Origin: Deltaproteobacteria bacterium
GTDB lineage: Bacteria > Myxococcota_A > UBA9160 > SZUA-336
Direction of reading: 5' to 3'
Length of the DNA stretch: 64,000 nt
Assembly: GCA_029261895.1 (NCBI GenBank)
Contig: JAJDAK010000064.1
Coordinates: 18,582-82,581, forward strand
The notes beneath the pieces are model-generated. The model was not told the DNA's origin, ran no database searches, and worked only from the letters and a program-made list of their open reading frames with translations. Every line of letters begins with the position of its first letter. Position 1 is the stretch's first letter. This document shows positions 59,095 through 64,000 of the stretch, in pieces. The translations under genes and the position numbers were made by a program.

Positions 59095-61135
59095 TTTCGA
59101 GGTCGTCAGCGACTATCGGCCGGCGGGCGATCAACCCGCGGCCATCGAAGCCCTGGTCGCCGGGGTTGAACGCGGCGAGGCACATCAGACTCTGCTCGGA
59201 ATTACCGGAAGTGGAAAAACCGCGACCGTGTCGTGGGTTATTGAAAAGCTGCAGCGGCCAGCGCTGATCATTGCACCCAATAAGACCCTGGCCGGACAGC
59301 TCTACGGCGAGTTCAAAAAGCTGTTTCCCAAGAACGCGGTTGAGTACTTTGTTTCGTACTATGATTACTATCAACCAGAAGCCTATCTACCGACGACCGA
59401 TACGTTCATCGAAAAAGATTCTTCGATAAACGACGATATCGATAAGCTTCGTCACTCCGCTACGCGATCCATTCTTTCGCGCCGGGACGTGATCGTGGTT
59501 GCGAGTGTTTCATGCATTTACGGGCTCGGTTCGCCGGAAACCTACGGTCAGATGCACGTGTTTGTAGAGCGCGGCGTAGAGCTGAATCGTGATGAGTTTC
59601 TGAAAAAACTTGTTGAGATGCTCTACAAGCGAAACGACTACGATTTCCATCGCGGTACATTTCGCGTGCGTGGAGATGTCGTCGAGATTTTTCCCGCCTA
59701 TGAAGACGATCGCGCGATACGCGTGGAGTTCTTCGGTGACGAGGTGGAATCGATTACCGAAATGGACCCGTTGCGCGGCCACGTGATCGCGCGTCCCCGC
59801 CAGGCGATTATTTTTCCAAATAGCCACTACGTATCGACGCAAGAACGCATCCGGAACGCGATCGAAGGGATCCGCGAAGAACTCCGGGACCGCATTCAGG
59901 TGCTCAAAGGCGGCGACAAATTGCTTGAGGCGCAACGGATTGAGCAGCGCACGATGTATGACATCGAAATGATGGCTGAGATGGGTTTCTGTACCGGGGT
60001 TGAGAATTATTCGCGCTGGCTCGATGGCCGGAGCGAAGGAGACCCGCCGTACACGCTTCTCGACTACTTCGAAAAGGATTTCTTGGTTTTCGTAGATGAG
60101 AGCCACGTCACCGTGCCTCAAATCGGCGGCATGTACCGCGGCGATCGACGGCGCAAGGAAACGCTGGTCGACTTCGGCTTTCGCTTACCCTCCGCACTTG
60201 ATAATCGCCCGCTGCAGTTCGAAGAGTGGACAAAACGCTGTCGGCAGCTGGTCTATGTTTCTGCAACTCCGGGTGATTACGAGTTAGAAAAAAGCCAGGG
60301 CGTTATCGTCGAACAGATCATTCGCCCGACGGGGTTGATGGACCCCGAGATCGAGGTTCGGCCTGCGACGAACCAAGTAGAAGATCTGTTGGGCGAGATC
60401 AGAGAGCGCGTCGCGATGGGCGATCGTGTCCTGGTCACAACGCTGACCAAGCGCATGTCAGAGGAGCTGACGAAGTACTACGAAGAACTCGGTCTTCGCG
60501 TTCGCTATTTGCATTCGGAGATTAAGACGATCGAACGCTCGGAGATCCTACGTGACTTGAGGCAAGGTGTTTTTGATGTCTTGGTGGGGATCAACCTGCT
60601 TCGCGAAGGCTTGGATCTGCCGGAAGTCTCTCTGGTCGGGATCTTGGATGCGGATAAAGAGGGCTTCCTACGCTCGGCGCGCTCGTTGATTCAGACCATG
60701 GGTCGTGCGGCACGAAACGAGCGAGGCAAGGTCATTCTGTACGCGGATCGCGAGACGAACTCGATGCGCGAAGCGATCAATGAAACCCAGCGCAGGCGAA
60801 AAGTACAGGAACAGCACAACGCGAAGCACGGTATTACGCCGAAAACCATCCAGTCAACAATCTCCAGTTTGCGCGACAGTCTGTACGAGGCGGATTACCA
60901 CGATGTGCCGATGGTCGCCGACGCTGACCTGGCCCTGGAACAAATTCCCAAGGAGATCAACAAGCTCAAGCAGGAGATGAAGAAGGCTGCAGCGGATCTC
61001 GATTTCGAACGTGCAGCTTCGCTTCGAGATCGAATACGCGAACTGTCAGACAGCATGGTGTTCGGGGCGTGGGATACGCCGTCGGAGGAGCGTTCGAGCG
61101 AACGCGGGTCGCGAGGCGGCCGCAAGAAGCGGTGA
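59087..61135 (+). CDS. uvrB: Excinuclease ABC subunit B
   Basis: [22 protein letters not shown] start overlaps the cysS stop. The ORF-track extension to 58853 is unlikely. Confidence 0.9.
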   Translation: MADFEVVSDYRPAGDQPAAIEALVAGVERGEAHQTLLGITGSGKTATVSWVIEKLQRPALIIAPNKTLAGQLYGEFKKLFPKNAVEYFVSYYDYYQPEAYLPTTDTFIEKDSSINDDIDKLRHSATRSILSRRDVIVVASVSCIYGLGSPETYGQMHVFVERGVELNRDEFLKKLVEMLYKRNDYDFHRGTFRVRGDVVEIFPAYEDDRAIRVEFFGDEVESITEMDPLRGHVIARPRQAIIFPNSHYVSTQERIRNAIEGIREELRDRIQVLKGGDKLLEAQRIEQRTMYDIEMMAEMGFCTGVENYSRWLDGRSEGDPPYTLLDYFEKDFLVFVDESHVTVPQIGGMYRGDRRRKETLVDFGFRLPSALDNRPLQFEEWTKRCRQLVYVSATPGDYELEKSQGVIVEQIIRPTGLMDPEIEVRPATNQVEDLLGEIRERVAMGDRVLVTTLTKRMSEELTKYYEELGLRVRYLHSEIKTIERSEILRDLRQGVFDVLVGINLLREGLDLPEVSLVGILDADKEGFLRSARSLIQTMGRAARNERGKVILYADRETNSMREAINETQRRRKVQEQHNAKHGITPKTIQSTISSLRDSLYEADYHDVPMVADADLALEQIPKEINKLKQEMKKAAADLDFERAASLRDRIRELSDSMVFGAWDTPSEERSSERGSRGGRKKR

Positions 61136-63066
61136 GCGACGAACTTCAGCAAAAAGTTCGTAATCTGCCCACGCAGCCGGGCGTGTATCTCTTCATGGAC
61201 GGCGAAGGCACGGTGCTCTACGTCGGTAAAGCGAAGAGCCTACGAGCGCGGGTCCGCACCTACTTCGTTCAAGGTGGCGATGGTCGTTTTAGTATGCACC
61301 GATTGGTTCCACGCATTCGCGATGTCGAAATCGTCGTAACGGGCAACGTGAAAGAGGCGCTGCTGCTTGAAAACCAGCTCATCAAGAAACATCGTCCCCG
61401 CTACAACGTTCGGCTGCGAGATGATAAGAACTATCTGTCCTTGAGAATCGATCCCAAGGAGCCGTTCCCCCGATTTACGCAGACTCGAGGTTTCGCGCAG
61501 GACGGCGCAGCCCATTTTGGCCCGTACACCTCAAGCCTGTCACTTCGCGAAACGCTGAGCACGCTGCAGGGGATTTTCCCGCTCCGAACCTGCTCGGATG
61601 CCGTGATGCGAAGCTACGGCCGTCGCGGTCGACCGTGCATCGAACACGCGATGGGACGTTGTTCGGCACCGTGTTGCGATCGCGTTGACGAAGCCACCTA
61701 TGCATCGTTGGTTCAGGGCGCGATGCTTTTTCTCAAGGGAAAATCTTCCAATCTGTTGAGCGAGATGCGTGGAGCGATGCAAGAAGCATCCGCGGAAGAG
61801 CGATACGAGGATGCCTCCCGCTTGCGTGACCGAATTCGTGCGATCGAGCGCACGATGGAACAGCAATCGATGATTTCAACGGGTTTCGAGGACCGCGACG
61901 TCATCGCGCTCGCGCGTGAAGCTGGCGAGGTCGAGTTCCAGGTGATGCACGTGCGCCAAGGAAAACTGATCGGGGGCGATGGCCACGCGTTTCGAAACGT
62001 GCAGATGGCTGATTCCGATTTGATGAGTTCGTTTCTGGCGCAGTTCTACGATGCGGAGCGGGAATTGCCGCCGGAGGTGCTGGTTTCGGTCGAAGTCGAG
62101 AACGCGGATGCGTTCGAAGAGCTTTGGCGTGAGCGCGTCGGTAAGCGGGTAACGCTTGCGACCCCTCAACGCGGCGAGCGTCGTCGACTTGCAGACTTGG
62201 CGCTGCGGAATGCGCGGCTTACGTTGATGGAGCGCAGTCGCAGCGAACGGTCCGTCATGGAGGCGCTCGAGGAGCTTCAAGCTAAGTTGCGGCTCCCTGA
62301 ACTTCCCGCGCATATCGAATGTTATGACGTGAGTCATCTCAGCGGGCAGCAACATGTTGCGTCACGCGTGGTGTTCGTGGACGGCGTTCCGAATAAGCAG
62401 AAGTACCGACGTTACAAACTGCGCGCTGTAACACCGGGGGACGACTACGGTGCGCTTCGTGAGGTGCTCACGCGGCGGCTTTCGAAGTTGGATCGTGACG
62501 AGGCACCCGATTTGATTTTGATCGATGGGGGGAAGGGGCAACTTAATACAGTTCGGGTGGTGGCCAAGGACCTGGGTGTTGAAGAGATTCCGCTGGCGTC
62601 GATCGCGAAGAATCGTGATCCCGAAAGCGCGTCGGGACGTGTGCAAAGACACGGAGGTGCTAAACCGGAACGTATCTTCCTACCCAATGTCAAAGACCCG
62701 ATCATGCTCGTGGCGGATTCGGCCGCGCTGCTCTTGGTGCAGCGTCTTCGTGATGAGTCGCATCGATTCGCGATCGAGTATCATCGTAAATTGCGGCAGA
62801 AGAGTGGCTTGCGATCGTCGCTGGAGGACGTGCCTGGAATCGGCCCCGCGAAACGGAAGGCGCTGTTGAAACACTTCGGTGGTTTGGCGGGAATTCGGAA
62901 CGCCGCTGAATCCGAACTGCTCGCCGTGCCGAAGCTGAATCAGCAAGATGCCGAAAACCTGCGGCTCTTTTTCCGGTCAAGCGATACGCCCAGTGAGATC
63001 CCGCAGGGGGTCAAGCCCGTCGTTCAAACGTCCGATTCTTCTACGGATGGTGAAGATCAGTCGTAA
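61132..63066 (+). CDS. uvrC: Excinuclease ABC subunit C
   Basis: GIY-YIG N-terminus ([20 protein letters not shown]), UvrC homology region, C-terminal HhH. GTG start overlaps the uvrB stop. Confidence 0.9.
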   Translation: MSDELQQKVRNLPTQPGVYLFMDGEGTVLYVGKAKSLRARVRTYFVQGGDGRFSMHRLVPRIRDVEIVVTGNVKEALLLENQLIKKHRPRYNVRLRDDKNYLSLRIDPKEPFPRFTQTRGFAQDGAAHFGPYTSSLSLRETLSTLQGIFPLRTCSDAVMRSYGRRGRPCIEHAMGRCSAPCCDRVDEATYASLVQGAMLFLKGKSSNLLSEMRGAMQEASAEERYEDASRLRDRIRAIERTMEQQSMISTGFEDRDVIALAREAGEVEFQVMHVRQGKLIGGDGHAFRNVQMADSDLMSSFLAQFYDAERELPPEVLVSVEVENADAFEELWRERVGKRVTLATPQRGERRRLADLALRNARLTLMERSRSERSVMEALEELQAKLRLPELPAHIECYDVSHLSGQQHVASRVVFVDGVPNKQKYRRYKLRAVTPGDDYGALREVLTRRLSKLDRDEAPDLILIDGGKGQLNTVRVVAKDLGVEEIPLASIAKNRDPESASGRVQRHGGAKPERIFLPNVKDPIMLVADSAALLLVQRLRDESHRFAIEYHRKLRQKSGLRSSLEDVPGIGPAKRKALLKHFGGLAGIRNAAESELLAVPKLNQQDAENLRLFFRSSDTPSEIPQGVKPVVQTSDSSTDGEDQS

Positions 63067-63958
63067 AACCCTTTTTGCCCGAAACTCCGCTGTGATTCTG
63101 GTGATTTGTGCGGGGATTTGCGTCTGGCCTGCGTCGCTACGAGCGGAACTCTATCAATGGACCGACCCCCAGGGGCGAGTTCATTTCACCGATGACTTGA
63201 GCCAGGTTCCCGCTAGCCAGCGCGCGAAGGCCGCGAGATCGGATGCGGAAGATACCGCGACGCGCCGCCATCGCTGGAACGCGGTCGAGGTGCCGAGTTC
63301 TGTGCACCGTGCAGCAGAGCCGCGAGATACCGCGGCCAAGCCGGGGCAGCGACATGTTCTTCGTGTGGAGCGTGGCGGCGAGAGCATGGTGGTGATCGCG
63401 CGATTAAACGGCGAGGTGAATGTTCCGTTTGTTGCGGATACGGGCGCGATGGGTTGTACCGTTCCGCTTGCGGCGGTTGAGGCCGCGGGGATTCGGATTG
63501 ATGAGGCGACGCCTCGGAAGTACGTGACAGGAATTTCGGGCCAGCCGATGTCGGTTCCCGTCGTGACCTTCGACGAAGTACGCGTTGGAACCGCGATGGT
63601 ACGTAACGTCGAGATGGCCGTGCTGGATACGATGCAGGAAGGGCTCCTCGGCATGACGTTCTTCAATCACTTTAAGGTAGAGACGGACCCGATGAGCGGG
63701 ACGCTGACTTTGGAGGAGATTGATGTTAACGCGATTGACGGTATCTACGGCGGACACAGTCGCTCTTATTGGCAGCGTCGGTTCCGCGCACTTGAAGGCC
63801 AACTTACACGCGTGCGGCAGCTCCGCAAGGAAACGCCGAGCTCCCGGATATCGGAACACGAACGCCTCGATCGGGCTGAAGCCAGCCTGGTTCAGCAGAA
63901 TGATGACCTGCACATGCGAGCGTCAGCGGCCGGGGTGCCGCGCGAGTGGCGTGAGTAA
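63047..63958 (+). CDS. DUF4124-like N-terminal domain fused to a retropepsin-type (clan AA) aspartic protease
   Basis: LYQWTDPQGRVHFTD (DUF4124-like), FVADTGA (D-T/S-G active site). Start at [10 protein letters not shown] overlaps the uvrC end by 20 nt. Confidence 0.65.
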   Translation: MVKISRKTLFARNSAVILVICAGICVWPASLRAELYQWTDPQGRVHFTDDLSQVPASQRAKAARSDAEDTATRRHRWNAVEVPSSVHRAAEPRDTAAKPGQRHVLRVERGGESMVVIARLNGEVNVPFVADTGAMGCTVPLAAVEAAGIRIDEATPRKYVTGISGQPMSVPVVTFDEVRVGTAMVRNVEMAVLDTMQEGLLGMTFFNHFKVETDPMSGTLTLEEIDVNAIDGIYGGHSRSYWQRRFRALEGQLTRVRQLRKETPSSRISEHERLDRAEASLVQQNDDLHMRASAAGVPREWRE

Positions 63959-64000
63959 TCCATTTCCGGTCCCCGGTAACGTACTTCCTCCTTTGCCGTC

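Noticed and set aside
1-64000. CRISPR arrays, rRNA genes, IS elements
   Set aside because: No regularly spaced direct repeats, no rRNA-like conserved stretches and no transposase-like ORFs were seen.

Overview
This is a high-GC bacterial chromosome segment with Gram-negative features (lptCAB-rpoN, a TolC-like outer membrane protein, a PEP-CTERM protein, bactofilin). It falls into three parts. (1) 1-18.6 kb is a minus-strand secondary-lipid or lipopeptide locus. It starts with a fatty-acyl-AMP-ligase NRPS module that runs off the window start, followed by a thiolase-fold protein and a tRNA-Arg(CCG). Next comes a tightly coupled cassette of a giant single-chain acyl-CoA carboxylase, Sfp-type PPTase, PlsC-type acyltransferase, ACP, KAS I/II, FabZ, FabA, KAS III and a FabI/FabL-type enoyl reductase. 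The carboxylase-to-reductase block is bracketed by the tRNA 3-prime end and a 29-bp direct copy of it at 18548-18576, which is a genomic-island signature, although no integrase is present. A sigma70-like promoter overlapped by two TGACT-N3-AGTCA palindromes sits upstream of the cassette. (2) 18.6-39.5 kb is an accessory-looking region. It holds a PEP-CTERM protein, a DNRLRE-like secreted protein, an amidohydrolase plus acyl-CoA dehydrogenase, a CHASE2 hybrid histidine kinase, two tandem paralogous beta-helix proteins with TSP3 and dockerin-like calcium-binding repeats, two convergent HEAT-repeat proteins, a 629-aa Cys-rich secreted protein, a lipoprotein, a P450, an SDR and a C69/secernin-like Ntn hydrolase. 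(3) 39.5-64 kb is conserved core: lptC-lptA-lptB-rpoN-ptsN-hprK(short)-EIIA(Man)-ptsH-ptsI, metK-ahcY, a SpoIID-domain protein, yajC-secD-secF, bactofilin, a TetR-TolC pair, CdnL, ispD-ispF, cysS, uvrB-uvrC and a DUF4124 retropepsin-like protease. No CRISPR array, rRNA or transposase was seen. All functional calls rest on motif recognition in the supplied translations. No database search was run.
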